Assembly: GCA_963758525.1 (NCBI GenBank)
Contig: CAVWVQ010000003.1
Span: forward strand, 4,800,001 to 4,864,000
Source of the DNA: an uncultured Phycisphaerales bacterium
Lineage (GTDB): Bacteria > Planctomycetota > Phycisphaerae > Tepidisphaerales > Tepidisphaeraceae
Length of the DNA: 64,000 bases
Direction: 5' to 3'
Shown: piece by piece, positions 1-10,705 of the stretch
Position numbering within the stretch: position 1 is the stretch's first letter
Layout: each line of letters opens with the position of its first letter
The notes under the pieces: model-generated
Told to the model about the DNA's origin: nothing
The model's input: the letters and a program-made list of their open reading frames with translations, nothing else
Databases searched by the model: none
Translations under genes and position numbers: made by a program

Positions 1-3000
1 CTTCGTTCTGGCGTCGATGGCGTCTTCCAGCTGTTGCAGATCCCACACCTGCTCCCACACCCGCCGGTTCCGCAGGCCCGATTCCTTGTAGCGCAGCACC
101 GCCAGCGCCGGCACCGCCTCGTCCTCCACCAGTTCAGCCACGAGCTTTGTCAGGTCGAAATCCTCGCGGCCACGGTACAGGGCGGCCACCTGCATGAAGT
201 CATCGTCCTGTCGCACGCGGTCGGCCAATTGGGCCACGCTCATCACGCGGGGCTCCTTCTCATCCCAAAGCAGCGATCGCGGAGATAGTGCTTCCGGCTT
301 CTTTGCTTCAACATCTTCGTGGTCGGAGACGACCAACGGCCATCCTTCAAGCCGGCCCAAGAGCCAAATGCCGCATGCGTCCGAAAGCTCGTTTCCCGTT
401 CGATTGTGATTGAATAGCCCTTGGATGCCGATCCAGCGCCGTTTGTAGTGCGGTTCCTCAATTAGCTGTAGCTCTGGGGATTGTGAGATTGCTGCGATCC
501 GCTTCAGCCAAAGGGAGCGTGCCGGCTCCGGCCAGTCTTGCGAAACTGAAGCAGGGACCGAAAACCCGTCGACGTTGCGCTGGGCAACGATACAGAATGG
601 GCGATCACCAGCGTCGAGTAATGGCTGATCTGGCGCTTCGATTGGACCCAGCGTTGCTTCGGTGCAGAGTCCGAACATGACATAGCAGGTGAAATCAATT
701 TCCTCTTGGAGCCAGATCATTTTTGAACGTAGTTGTTGACGTATTTTCGTCCAATCTGCCCAGCGATTGCTGAGCGCGGTTGTGGTCGTGGCACCGGACG
801 CCAAACATCGTTTAGCAGTCAACGCGGCATATTGTACTGACAACTGATCCTGGCGATCGGCAAGTTGCTGCATCCGATCTCGTAGCTTGCCGGACAGCCA
901 AGCTGCCGGGATCGGGAGATTAGCGAGCATTGTGCCATTGAAGGCATAGGGAACCTTAGACCTTTCGCTTATGCGTATGCCATCACCACCCATCATTTGC
1001 TTCTGATGGGCGACCTGTTTCATCCAGAAGCACGTCGTGGAGCTATTGAGGAGCCCGAGTAGGGTTAGGTGCTGGTCAACAGTTGCGTCGGCGGGGAGCT
1101 TGATGATCGGCGCAGTATTTTTGAATACCTTTCCACCGCGATCGAGCAGAAAATGGTTGTGTGTTGCGACTTCCGCAAACACTATTGAGAGCGGCGTTCG
1201 GCGCAGCGGCTCGGCCAATAGGCCGTATTCGTACCACGCGAGTCCACGTTCAAACTGCGTTTTCCGAAACCACGCACGATTTTGAAGGTTCGTTTTGAGG
1301 GGCCATAGTGCTCGCTCCACCGGGGTACTCGGAGCTACGACTCTGTTACTGGCGTCGTAGGGGAAGATGACTGCTACACATTCTGCCAGCAGCCAGTCTC
1401 TGATTCGGTCGCCTTCAACGAAGCCAATAGAGTCAGTAGCGCCAAGCCCCTTCCTGCGGAATACGAGAGGTTCGTCGGAAAACGCATCGTCTTCAAGCGT
1501 CACCACGCCAATTCCGGTTCGGTCAATCACTTCGCTCAGGACGTTGCCCTCCGCATCATCCAGCGTCGCTTTCAATTCGGCCGCACCGCCACCGCCGATG
1601 CTCCAAGGGTGGTGGTGAAAGCTGTGAAGATCGGTATCGGAGACGCTGACAAATGCGCTCTGAGTGCCGGGATTGTCGATCTGGTCAAGGATGGCAGACC
1701 ATACATTTCCGCGTGCCGGATCGGCGGGTGTAGACGGCTCGCCTTTAATACCCATCACGGCGCGGATGGTAGAACTTGTCGGACGGCGATTCCGCCCGAA
1801 GAGAATCACCGTCGGCGTACCGTGTCCGGGGATGTAGGCACCCGCCGTGTCAACGACATGCGTCAGTTCCCACCGAGGTATGTACTGTTCGATCAGCTTC
1901 TTGCCGAACTCGCGTTTCATGAAGCTGTTTGAGGTGATCATGCCAACAAATCCTGCGGGAAACTCAACTCGACTGTCTGCGGCAGTATCGGTTGAGAGAC
2001 AAACAGCTAGGTCAAAGAATCGCTGAAAGAATGGCACTGCTAGCGAATACTTCATGTGGCAGGAGCCGAACTTCTGCCGGTACTCCTCGTTAAGGGCCTT
2101 GTCCTTAGGAGTGATGTACGGCGGGTTACCCACGACGGCGTGGTAACGCTGGCCGAGGATGTTTCGGAGGAGCGGTGCATCTTCCGTCTCATAGACATGG
2201 CCGATCGGGTCCGCTCCAAACATGAAGTCTTGGCGCCCGCTGGCCCCTTTTGTCTGGTCGCCACGATCATCGAGAAGCGGCCCATGCAGCAGCGAGTCCC
2301 CCGCGGCGACATGAATCGTGAACCCCGGAGCATCAGCAAGCCGGTGGATGTCACAAGCCCGCAGCGCGGCGACGAGCAAACGAAAACGGGCGATGGCAAC
2401 GGCGTACGGATTGAGGTCCACGCCATACACCCCGTCGAGCGCCCGCTGGGCCAGCACGCGGATGTTGGTGGCCGGCTCGTGTTTCACCCACAGATCGAAC
2501 AGGCGATGGAAACCGCCGAGCAGGAAGTGGCCTGAACCGCAGGTGGGGTCGATCATCCGCACCTGCTGGAAGCCGAACTCGGCGATGGCCGGCGTGAGCG
2601 TGCGATCGAGGATGAACTCCTCGACAAAGACCGGTGTCTGGAGCAGGGCGAACTTCTTGCGAGCGGATTCACTCAAGTCCTGGTAGAGGTCGCCGAGGAA
2701 GCGGGTGGGATCTTGGGGAAGGCACGGAGGCACGGAGGCACTGAGGCACGAAGGTTCGGAAAAGACAGGGTCCGTAAAATCATGGATTAGCAGGCCGGTG
2801 CTGGCATCGCGCCGGAGGAAGAAATTGCGGAGGGCCATGGCGCCGTCGCCGCTGACGCCGAGAGACCAGAGGGGGTTGTGGCGTTTGTCGAACAGCTCCT
2901 TCATGGCCGGAAGCTGGGCGACCTGCTCGAAGACCCACTGGAGGTACTCGCGGTCGGAGTGCGTGGGGTGTTTCTGGAAGTAGAGTGTGTGCTCATCCTC

Positions 3001-3297
3001 AGCCCGCTGTCGGCGCTCGCCAGGTCCCGACAGTCGCGGCGGGTCGATCAGGTGGTTGTCTTCGCAGAAGCGGACGAACACACATCCGAGAATCCACGCG
3101 ACGCCCGCTTGGGTGATCTGCTCATCCCGCCAGACTTCATACGCCTGGGCGGTGCGGTTGGCCGCCTTGGCAGCGGCGTATTGGTCGTGTAGCGGCTGAT
3201 CGACTTCAGCTTGATTGGTGCAGCGCTGGCGAAGATCGGACTCCAGCGTGACCAGGAGCCTTTGCAAGTCGGCGAGTAAGGCTTTGGCGTTGATCAT
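1..3297 (-). CDS. pglX: BREX-2 (Pgl) adenine-specific DNA methyltransferase PglX, 3' end runs off the window
   Basis: Not in the ORF track. Hand translation from ATG 3297 (most of the interval read, no stop found) gives MINAKALLADLQ..WRDEQITQAGVAWILGCVFVRFCEDN, TRFLGDLYQDLSE..ALLQTP, IDPTCGSGHFL (motif I), VVGNPPY (motif IV) and VATHNHFLLDRGGKVF, all in one frame down to position 1. Confidence 0.93.
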   Translation of the reverse strand, partial: MINAKALLADLQRLLVTLESDLRQRCTNQAEVDQPLHDQYAAAKAANRTAQAYEVWRDEQITQAGVAWILGCVFVRFCEDNHLIDPPRLSGPGERRQRAEDEHTLYFQKHPTHSDREYLQWVFEQVAQLPAMKELFDKRHNPLWSLGVSGDGAMALRNFFLRRDASTGLLIHDFTDPVFSEPSCLSASVPPCLPQDPTRFLGDLYQDLSESARKKFALLQTPVFVEEFILDRTLTPAIAEFGFQQVRMIDPTCGSGHFLLGGFHRLFDLWVKHEPATNIRVLAQRALDGVYGVDLNPYAVAIARFRLLVAALRACDIHRLADAPGFTIHVAAGDSLLHGPLLDDRGDQTKGASGRQDFMFGADPIGHVYETEDAPLLRNILGQRYHAVVGNPPYITPKDKALNEEYRQKFGSCHMKYSLAVPFFQRFFDLAVCLSTDTAADSRVEFPAGFVGMITSNSFMKREFGKKLIEQYIPRWELTHVVDTAGAYIPGHGTPTVILFGRNRRPTSSTIRAVMGIKGEPSTPADPARGNVWSAILDQIDNPGTQSAFVSVSDTDLHSFHHHPWSIGGGGAAELKATLDDAEGNVLSEVIDRTGIGVVTLEDDAFSDEPLVFRRKGLGATDSIGFVEGDRIRDWLLAECVAVIFPYDASNRVVAPSTPVERALWPLKTNLQNRAWFRKTQFERGLAWYEYGLLAEPLRRTPLSIVFAEVATHNHFLLDRGGKVFKNTAPIIKLPADATVDQHLTLLGLLNSSTTCFWMKQVAHQKQMMGGDGIRISERSKVPYAFNGTMLANLPIPAAWLSGKLRDRMQQLADRQDQLSVQYAALTAKRCLASGATTTTALSNRWADWTKIRQQLRSKMIWLQEEIDFTCYVMFGLCTEATLGPIEAPDQPLLDAGDRPFCIVAQRNVDGFSVPASVSQDWPEPARSLWLKRIAAISQSPELQLIEEPHYKRRWIGIQGLFNHNRTGNELSDACGIWLLGRLEGWPLVVSDHEDVEAKKPEALSPRSLLWDEKEPRVMSVAQLADRVRQDDDFMQVAALYRGREDFDLTKLVAELVEDEAVPALAVLRYKESGLRNRRVWEQVWDLQQLEDAIDARTK
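2720..2754 (+). repeat. Four tandem AGGCAC(N)2 octamers inside the pglX coding sequence
   Basis: AGGCACGG AGGCACGG AGGCACTG AGGCACGA AGG, with the same architecture as the intergenic array at 58235-58266. Confidence 0.85.
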
Positions 3298-3312
3298 TTT
3301 CGACGATTGCTT

Positions 3313-4344
3313 TCACAGCTTGGTGTTATTTAGATTCGCTTTCTGATCCTTTAGCGCGACCGCGGCGGCGTGCGCATTCTCCAGTGACCCGATGAGCGCG
3401 TGGAGGCTGCGTACGAACTTTGTAGCTGGTTCTTCCGCTGCCTCGGCAAGATCTTCGCGGGAGTCGGTATTGTTATCGCAAAGTTCCCGAAGCCGCTTGT
3501 CGGCAGCCGCTTCTCGAACCGATGTTGCTGAAACCAGATCAATCGTGCCTAGAGCCGGTCGGTATCGGTATTGCGTGGCCCAGCGCGATGCGAGATCTTC
3601 CGCATCTTCCGCAAGCATACTTGCCGTTCTTCTGTCGCTATCACTCAACACAGCTTGAAAGCTGTCGTAGACGATTCCCTTCCAGTCGTCGCGGAACCCA
3701 TGGTCGAAGCTCCGCGATAATCCTTCCAGTGCACGTGAGTACACGAGTTGCAAAGCCCCAAGCAGGTCCCCGATTTCAGCTGCGAGTTTTGACGCTGCTA
3801 AGTCCTGGTACGCGTCAACCTCAGCCATGAGTTTGGGGAGTAGAGCGTTTAGAACCGCGGCGATCTGCTCAGGATCGGTGAGCAGAATACCGGCCTCATA
3901 ATTTGCTTTCGTCCCCGGAGTGAAATTCGCCGAGCCAATGTAGGCAATATTTTCTGTGGCGACGATCTTGCTGTGATTGTGATGGTTAAAATAGACGGAC
4001 GTCTTGGGGGGAAGTGTCTCTGGCGCAAGCCGGCGGAAATGTTCGTCGATGTCTTTCCGTGCCTTTGCTCGATTCTCGTCACTCCAATCGTGATCGCCGT
4101 AGGAATCGCGGCGCGAGGGTATCCTGCAAATGATAACAGACGTCCGGTCGGCGCGATGCTCACGTATGTGATGCAACAGATCCTTGTCTCCGTTGAGTAT
4201 CGCCCACGTCACCACGTAGAATCGCTTGGATGTCTTCGCATCATCAAGAACTCGCTGAAAGGCGTATTCGTTCCGCGTCAGGAGGAGTTCGATGTTCGCC
4301 GCTAAATCAAGTTGTTCGTGAATCGCCTGGGTCGGGTCAGTCAT
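3313..4344 (-). CDS. Phospholipase D (HKD)-family nuclease domain protein with helical C-terminal region
   Basis: HNHSKIVATENIAYIGSANFT..NYEAGI is a single PLD motif (HxK..GSxN..NxE). The stop lies 15 bp from the pglX start. Confidence 0.8.
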   Translation of the reverse strand: MTDPTQAIHEQLDLAANIELLLTRNEYAFQRVLDDAKTSKRFYVVTWAILNGDKDLLHHIREHRADRTSVIICRIPSRRDSYGDHDWSDENRAKARKDIDEHFRRLAPETLPPKTSVYFNHHNHSKIVATENIAYIGSANFTPGTKANYEAGILLTDPEQIAAVLNALLPKLMAEVDAYQDLAASKLAAEIGDLLGALQLVYSRALEGLSRSFDHGFRDDWKGIVYDSFQAVLSDSDRRTASMLAEDAEDLASRWATQYRYRPALGTIDLVSATSVREAAADKRLRELCDNNTDSREDLAEAAEEPATKFVRSLHALIGSLENAHAAAVALKDQKANLNNTKL

Positions 4345-4413
4345 CGGGTTACTGTCCTTCCTCTTGTCGGTGATCGTGTGTTACGGCGGTAGCCACCAAT
4401 GCTTTTTCTGGGC

Positions 4414-5196
4414 CTATTTCGCATCTAGGTGCGGAACGGAGGACATCTTGAGCGACAATTCGTATTCCCTCAACTCGACGTTGGGGAGGTCGGCGGTCGC
4501 GTAGCGAATTTTCTCGGAGATGGACTGGCCGATGATGACGCCACGAACCATCTTCCCACCGGCGATGTGACGCTTCACCCAGCCGAGGTATCGCATGAGC
4601 TGGCCGCAGACAGTATCGGGAGCTTGATCGACTTTCAGCTCGATCACGACGAGTGTGCCACGGCTGTCGACGGCTAGGATGTCGATGCGACCAACCTCGG
4701 TGACGTACTCGATTCCGTCGACGTCATCCTGCACAAAGAGCTGCAAACCGGGCTCGATGTCGGAAAGGTGAAGCGCCAAGTAATCGCGCAAGTGGGCTTC
4801 GGCAGCGAAGCCCTGACTGGTGCCTTCACCAATGGCAGGCTCGTCCTCGTCGCCGGGTGTTCCAGCAGCTACCTTCATCAAGCCAGAATCGGTTTCGACA
4901 ATCCGCCACGGCCCCTGTTTAACCGGATCGTACCATTCCAGCTTTCCTCTCTCGGGCCGAAACAGGAAGTCATACTGCGTGTTGGCGGCACGCGGTTTCT
5001 TGTTTTCAGGATAGTGGACCCGTGAAGCGTGGTTGACGGTACAGACGATTATCTGGCATTGAATCGTGCTGAGGTTCGTCCCCGGGTACTTTCTTAAAAT
5101 CCAGTCGCGGACTGCGACGTTCGTCGTGGGACTTCCGAGTGCCTCGACGGCCTCCTTGATCATCTGCCAGACGTAGGGCTGTTTCAGATCCTTCAT
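4414..5196 (-). CDS. NucS/EndoMS C-terminal-like PD-(D/E)XK endonuclease with N-terminal winged-helix-like domain
   Basis: EAHLRDYL..GIEYVTEVGRIDILAVD..LVVIELK..GQLMRYLGWV; AGGAG RBS upstream. Confidence 0.8.
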   Translation of the reverse strand: MKDLKQPYVWQMIKEAVEALGSPTTNVAVRDWILRKYPGTNLSTIQCQIIVCTVNHASRVHYPENKKPRAANTQYDFLFRPERGKLEWYDPVKQGPWRIVETDSGLMKVAAGTPGDEDEPAIGEGTSQGFAAEAHLRDYLALHLSDIEPGLQLFVQDDVDGIEYVTEVGRIDILAVDSRGTLVVIELKVDQAPDTVCGQLMRYLGWVKRHIAGGKMVRGVIIGQSISEKIRYATADLPNVELREYELSLKMSSVPHLDAK

Positions 5197-5262
5197 TCAT
5201 CATCTCCTGCGGCTCATAGCAAAACCCGTGGATGTCAAGCTAAACCGACCGTCGCTCAACAG

Positions 5263-5559
5263 TCATGAAGCAGGACCATCTGATGTCGATATCTTCCTTA
5301 TCCATGTCATAAGCTCTTTCTCCGTCTCGATCACATGCGGATTCTGTTTCAAATTCTCATGAAGCGAAAACTCACTGTACCCTGTCGGCATGTGAGTGGC
5401 CTTAGATACCACAAACGAATTTGGTTTTGATCGCGTTAGATTTGTCATGAGGCTGCGAGCAGGAAGTCCGCCACACGTTGCTCCAACCGCCTCATAGGTC
5501 GCTCGTTGGTGGTGAGTGCTCAGGAGTTTGATCACGTCGTTCAGGTCTTCCATCCCCAT
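5263..5559 (-). CDS. Small protein resembling MGMT/alkyltransferase-like DNA-binding domains
   Basis: RATYEAVG..GLPARSLM..NSFVVSK resembles the Y-x-x-[VI]-A..AR HTH pattern. ATG 5559 has an AAGGAA RBS; an alternative GTG at 5622 overlaps the pglW stop. Confidence 0.45.
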   Translation of the reverse strand: MGMEDLNDVIKLLSTHHQRATYEAVGATCGGLPARSLMTNLTRSKPNSFVVSKATHMPTGYSEFSLHENLKQNPHVIETEKELMTWIRKISTSDGPAS

Positions 5560-5618
5560 ATCGTTTCCTTTTTTCCAACGTTGCTGGCCTTGGTCTTTGC
5601 CGTGAACCAGATGCGGTT

Positions 5619-8600
5619 TCACGAAGGCGTTTCCACGTGCCCTCGGTGTTCATTTGTCAGCCATGCGTCCGGAACCCAGGCCCACTGGCCGTGCCCCAGC
5701 ACGGGAACCGGGCGATTGTCGATCGTGGGAAGCGATTTCTGGTGATCGGTGGCAGCGAGGATGAGCCAGATGCCCGGCACGCTGCCATCGCGGCCGCTGC
5801 CGTCGCGCAGGTGTTCAAGAAATTGGAGCTGCTCGTATCGCGCGATGAGGCCGGGGTACATCAGGATCACCGGGCGATCCATGGCAAGCACTTGTTTTTC
5901 GACTTCGGCGACGGCGGCTTTGACAAGGAGCTGGAGCTTTTGCCAGTCACGGCCAGTGGACCCATCGGCGTCGGCCTTGAGGACAACGCTCCAGTCAACC
6001 TTGCGGATGGAGGCTTGCCGTTGGAGTTCCTTGATGACCAGATCATCGAGACTCCTGACATCGAGCCCGAAGCGATCTGCCATGTCGCCGGCGCATCGCT
6101 GCACATGGCGTGGGGCAACGGAGAGCGCAATGAAGCTGCCGCTTTGGAGGGATCGCCTGAGGCGATCGTCAAAGTCGCGCGCCTCGGCAACCTCAGGACT
6201 GACTGCGAGTGAGACGGTGTTGGCTGTTCCATAGCGCGGCAAAGTCGACGTGAATGTGGTGGTGGCCAGCACTTCGGTGGGGAGGACATACGCCTGCTTG
6301 CCTTCGTCCCAGCGAAGGGTCCAGCCCGCTTCTTTGAGAAGGTGATCAATCTCGGGGCGGGTGGGAAGCGGTTCGGCGCCGGGATAACGGCCGCTGACAC
6401 GCTCGCGAATCTGGTCGAGGGTGACCTCGGTCGATCCTGAAAGCGCGCCGACGGCAAGCTTTAACGCGCGGCTTGCAGCCATGCCGCGGGGATAGATCTC
6501 CATGCGGCTGGAGACGGCGGCGCCATTGGACGCGGCGGCGGCGAGCTTGAGCAGCCGGGTGTCGTCGATGTACGGGGATTTTTCCGGGCGTTTGATCCGG
6601 CGGAGTGATTCGATCGCACGCTGCGGTGTGACCAATGGCTCAGCACCGGCGAGCTTGTCGGCTTCGTCACCGACACGGACTGCGTAGTCGCAGAGAGCGT
6701 TGGGATCTTCCTCGTCATACGCTTTGGCGACCAGATTTAATTCACCCCGGCGGCGGGTGGCCAGCCGCGGCTGGACGAGGCCCCGTTCGGCTTCGACCGC
6801 AGCGCGGACGGCCGCTGAAGCGAGCAGCGACCGCTGCGGCTCGCGGAGGGTGGAACCGCGCGTTGCCAGTAATGCGCCAGCAAGTTCCGCGGCGGACATG
6901 ACCCCGCCCTGGCTTTCCAGAATTTCCAGCAGTTCATCGCGGACGAAGGTAACGGACTTGTTTTTGAGCCAACGACGGCGTGCACTGTCGATCCATTGAT
7001 TCACCCGCGCGGTGCTGACCTTCATCTGTTTGCCGATGTCGGTCTGCGTGGGCCAATAGCCGCGGGCGGGAGTATCGAGTCGGTCGAGATTCAAGAATGC
7101 CCGGATTGCCTGAGATTCCAGATCTGCTTCTTTGCTCGGCCTGCCGCCGGTGATGCTCTGGACCAGGAGTTCGACACTCCGGACCACATCGCCGGAATCA
7201 CCGTCCGTGGTGGTCACTGAATCTGCGGTGGCGGAGGGCTGAACGTCCGGGAAACGAGCGCGAAGCTTGGTGACCGCCTCCGCGAGGTGCCGGCGCGTCT
7301 TGTTGCCGACGCCCTTCATCTTGTAGATGCGCTTGGTCGGCACCTGGAGCAATTCGCGCACGGTGTTCACGCTCAAGCGGTCGAGCGCCGTCACGGCGCG
7401 TGAGAAAAGCCCCAGGGAGGCCACGGGAGTATCCAACGTGCAGTTCGCGATGGATTTATCCAGATCGGGCGACGCTACAGAATCCTGGGTGTGTGACAGG
7501 CGCGTGGCCGAGAGGAACGCATCCCGCCAGGCCTTGAGCATGTCGCGGCAGTTGTCGAAACGCTGGGTGGGATCGCGGCGGAACGCCTTCGCAAAGAACG
7601 GAAGCAGGCCGTCGCGCACCTCCGCGTCGAATTTCTCGCCGTCGATTGTGGCTTCCGAGGTAAGCACTGATGGATCGGAGCGGCCGTCGCCCCACTTGGG
7701 AAGGTCGCCGGTGGCCATCTCATACAACGTGGCCGCCGCGGACCACCGCTCGGCCGGCAGGTCCCATCGCTGCGGCTTGCGGACCGTCAGAAACGGGTCC
7801 ATGTAACGGGAGGTGCCGGCGCGAATGTTTTCCGCGGGAGTTCGGGCCAGGGAGAAGTCGAAGAGCACCAGATGCAGTTCGTTGCCGCGGCCGACGGGCA
7901 TGACGCCAATATTGTCGGGCTTGATGTCGCGATGCGGTACGCCTTTTTGTTCGAGCCAGTCGATCGTCACGAGAAGATCTTCACCAAACCGCTGCAGCAG
8001 ATCGGGATGGAGCTTGCCTTCATCGCTGATGCGCTTGGCGAGAGTTTCGTTGCCCGCGCGCTGCATGAGAATCCCGGTCAGGCCGCTGAGCTGTACGGTG
8101 CGATCGACCTCAACAATGTATTGATGGCGCAGTTTGCGGAGGACATCGGCTTCGTCTGCGAGCCGGCTGCTGAACTCCGGTCCCCGGGCGACTTTTAACA
8201 CGCGCTCGGTGCCGTGATCGTCGACGAGATAGACCTCAGACGTGGAGCCGGAACCAATACGGCTCTTGATGATCAGGCCGCCCTCAAGGCGGTCGTTGAT
8301 CTTGCGCCCAGGGGGTGGGCGACTTGCTCGGGCTCGGGACTGGTCAACTGATCTTCCACCTGCTCAAGCTGCTTGAGGAACTCATCGACGGTGGCGTAGC
8401 GGCTGGTGACTTCCGGGAAGGTTGAGAACTGGATCAATTCCTGAAGCGCGGGCGAAGTGCCGTCGACGGCCGTGGAAATCTGCAGGCCCTCAGAATCGCG
8501 GATTTTCTGATGCAGTTCGATGAAACTGGTAGCCGGCGGTCGCCCGGCGAAGAGGTGGTACGCCAGCGCACCCAGAGAAAAGACGTCGAGATGTTCGCCA

Positions 8601-9844
8601 CCCTCATTGTCACGCATGGCCTCGGGCGCCATGTAGCCGGTGCTGGCGTCTTCCACGAGGTGTTCGAGGTGCAGCGTGGCGCTGACACCTTTGCCGCCGG
8701 GGCTGTTGGTGCTGCTGGCGATCTCGCGGGCAGCGGTCTGCCAGTTGAAGATCTTCAGGTCGGGTTCTGCGGCCGACGGATCGATGACGAGGATGCTCTG
8801 GGGTGAAAGGCTGCGGTGTTGTACGCCTTTGCCGTGAGCATACTTCATTGCTTCGGCGACCTGGCGCAGGAGAGAAAGTCGAATGTCTTCGCCAAACTTC
8901 CCCGCGTTCTCCGTGAGATAGTGGTCGAGGCGGACCGCCTTGGGATGGTGTTCAAAGATGAGTGCCGGGCCGAACTCGTTATCGGTGAATCCCTTCACGC
9001 CCAGGATGCCCCGGTGGCTCAGATTGTCGAGCACCTGATATTCACGCTTGGCGGCGCGAATGAGCATTTCCCGCTGTTCCTTCGAAGCCGCAGTTGAGAG
9101 CGTGTATCGCCGGATTCGGCGGCGCGTATCGGGGAGCGAAACGTGCACGCCTTCCCAATCCTGCCAGCCCGGCCCTTCCATGAGCAGCGTCTTGAGTCTG
9201 TAATCGGAGATGAGGCGATAGCGCTCCGACTGACGGATGCCAGCCTGATCCATCGCCCGGCTCACGCATCCCATGATCGCGCGATCGATTCGGGGTGTGC
9301 GGGACAGATCGACGCCCGGGATGTTGCCGTCGGTCAAAGCAGCAGTAATGCCGGGGCGTCCATCACGATCGGGCGTGGCGGCGCGATCCCGCGGGCAGAT
9401 GCGAGTGCGAGCGTGCTCGGGCAGTTCGATTTGCAGCCCCTGCGCAGAGACGAACAGCAGCGGTTCGAGATAGGGACAGCGATAATCCTTGAACGCCTTC
9501 TGATGTTTGAGCAGCCCGGCAAGCTTCTTGCTCTTGCTGTTCGCCAGCAGCAGCGGATTGTCAACCGTCTGCACCCGGCCCTCGTGCTTCCACGTCCAAC
9601 TTGCGGCATCGCCGGCAAGCGTGCCGGGATGGCTCTTCACTTCCACAAGAAAAAATCCGACCGGGGTGAGGAGCAGGACGTCGACTTCGTAGATACTGCC
9701 GTTGTCGGAGATGAAGTTGAAGCCCTGCCAGGCCAGATACGGATCGGAATCGGGGAGCAGACTGCGCAGATAATCAAACGCCTCCTGTTCCCAGGGAAAC
9801 TCCGATGGCGTAATCACTTTCCAGCGCGTCGGCCCCATCGCCAT
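5619..9844 (-). CDS. pglW: BREX-2 serine/threonine kinase PglW (NERD + two kinase domains + RNAP alpha-CTD-like + HTH), split by a 1-nt frameshift near 8305
   Basis: ORFs 8273-10012 and 5619-8201 join: EVDVLLLTPVGFFLVEVKS (NERD), HRSLSPQSIL, then after the shift KINDRLEGGLIIKSRIGSGSTSEVYL, HRDIKPDN, LFDFSL and MKGVGNKT. Confidence 0.92.
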
Positions 9845-10035
9845 GAAGTGCTTCCTCGCGTCAAAGATGGGAGATCTTCCCGCCCTCCGAACGTCAGTCA
9901 GAGCGGAGAATCTACCGGAGCAGTGGGCATTCCGCCAGAAAGCAGAGAGGCACCGACAAGACCAGACCCACTCCCTGCTGGTTGCTCTCCTCGAAGGCAC
10001 GACGTCAAGCAAAAACCATATGCGTTCCGTCGTCT

Positions 10036-10542
10036 CTATCCGGGTTGCCCGTGCCGATTCAAGTGTTGTTGCGCGAGTGCTTCACGTCCCCGGTCGCGCA
10101 CCTCGTTTCGGACATGTTCCCATTGAAATCCCACTACAAGCCCGCTACGGCGGTAGAATTCAACCCTTTTTTTTAGATCCTCCCAGTAGCTTTTCCCAAA
10201 TTCTTTCGGCGTCCTTGGGTCGAAGTGCTGGAGCTGCCGAGCAAGGTATTCAAGACCAGCCTCGTATTCGAGGCGGTCCAGTTCGGCCCGGAGGTTCTCC
10301 ATGTCCTTGCGTACCTGTTCCCAGCGGTTCTCTCTTTCGCCCGGAGTCATTTCAGTCTTAAATCCTGGCCTGAAGCCATACGCCTCGTGCAGAGCGTCTC
10401 GGGACCTCGCTAACTCGTTCTCGAAGTCTTCAAGGGTGTAGCCCTCTGGGATTCCTTTGGCCTGCCAGTCCGCAATCCTCTGCTTATGGAGTTTCATCTG
10501 CCTCGCCGATGCCGCCGCTATCAGGGAACGCGTGCTCTTCAT
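10036..10542 (-). CDS. Hypothetical helical protein upstream of pglW
   Basis: GGAGG RBS before ATG 10542; charged, helical composition. Confidence 0.55.
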   Translation of the reverse strand: MKSTRSLIAAASARQMKLHKQRIADWQAKGIPEGYTLEDFENELARSRDALHEAYGFRPGFKTEMTPGERENRWEQVRKDMENLRAELDRLEYEAGLEYLARQLQHFDPRTPKEFGKSYWEDLKKRVEFYRRSGLVVGFQWEHVRNEVRDRGREALAQQHLNRHGQPG

Positions 10543-10705
10543 CAATGCGCCTCCAGCACTGGACAATCACATCTCGCTGACAACAGTCTGTCAGGGCGTT
10601 GCGATAATCGTCTCAAACAAGCTCCGGCAGGAAGTCCTCTATTCGAGTACGATGATGGCAAATCGATGCTTACTCAAATCATCCGGCTTTCGGAGGATAC
10701 CTTCA

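Noticed and set aside
2052..3199. Short ORF-track calls in 1-3300
   Set aside because: Shadows of pglX, which the track missed because it has no stop inside the window.
8273..8320. Programmed frameshift or phase variation in pglW at a C5/G3 run
   Set aside because: The run is short, and the same kind of -1 indel occurs in housekeeping genes in this window, so assembly error is the simpler explanation.
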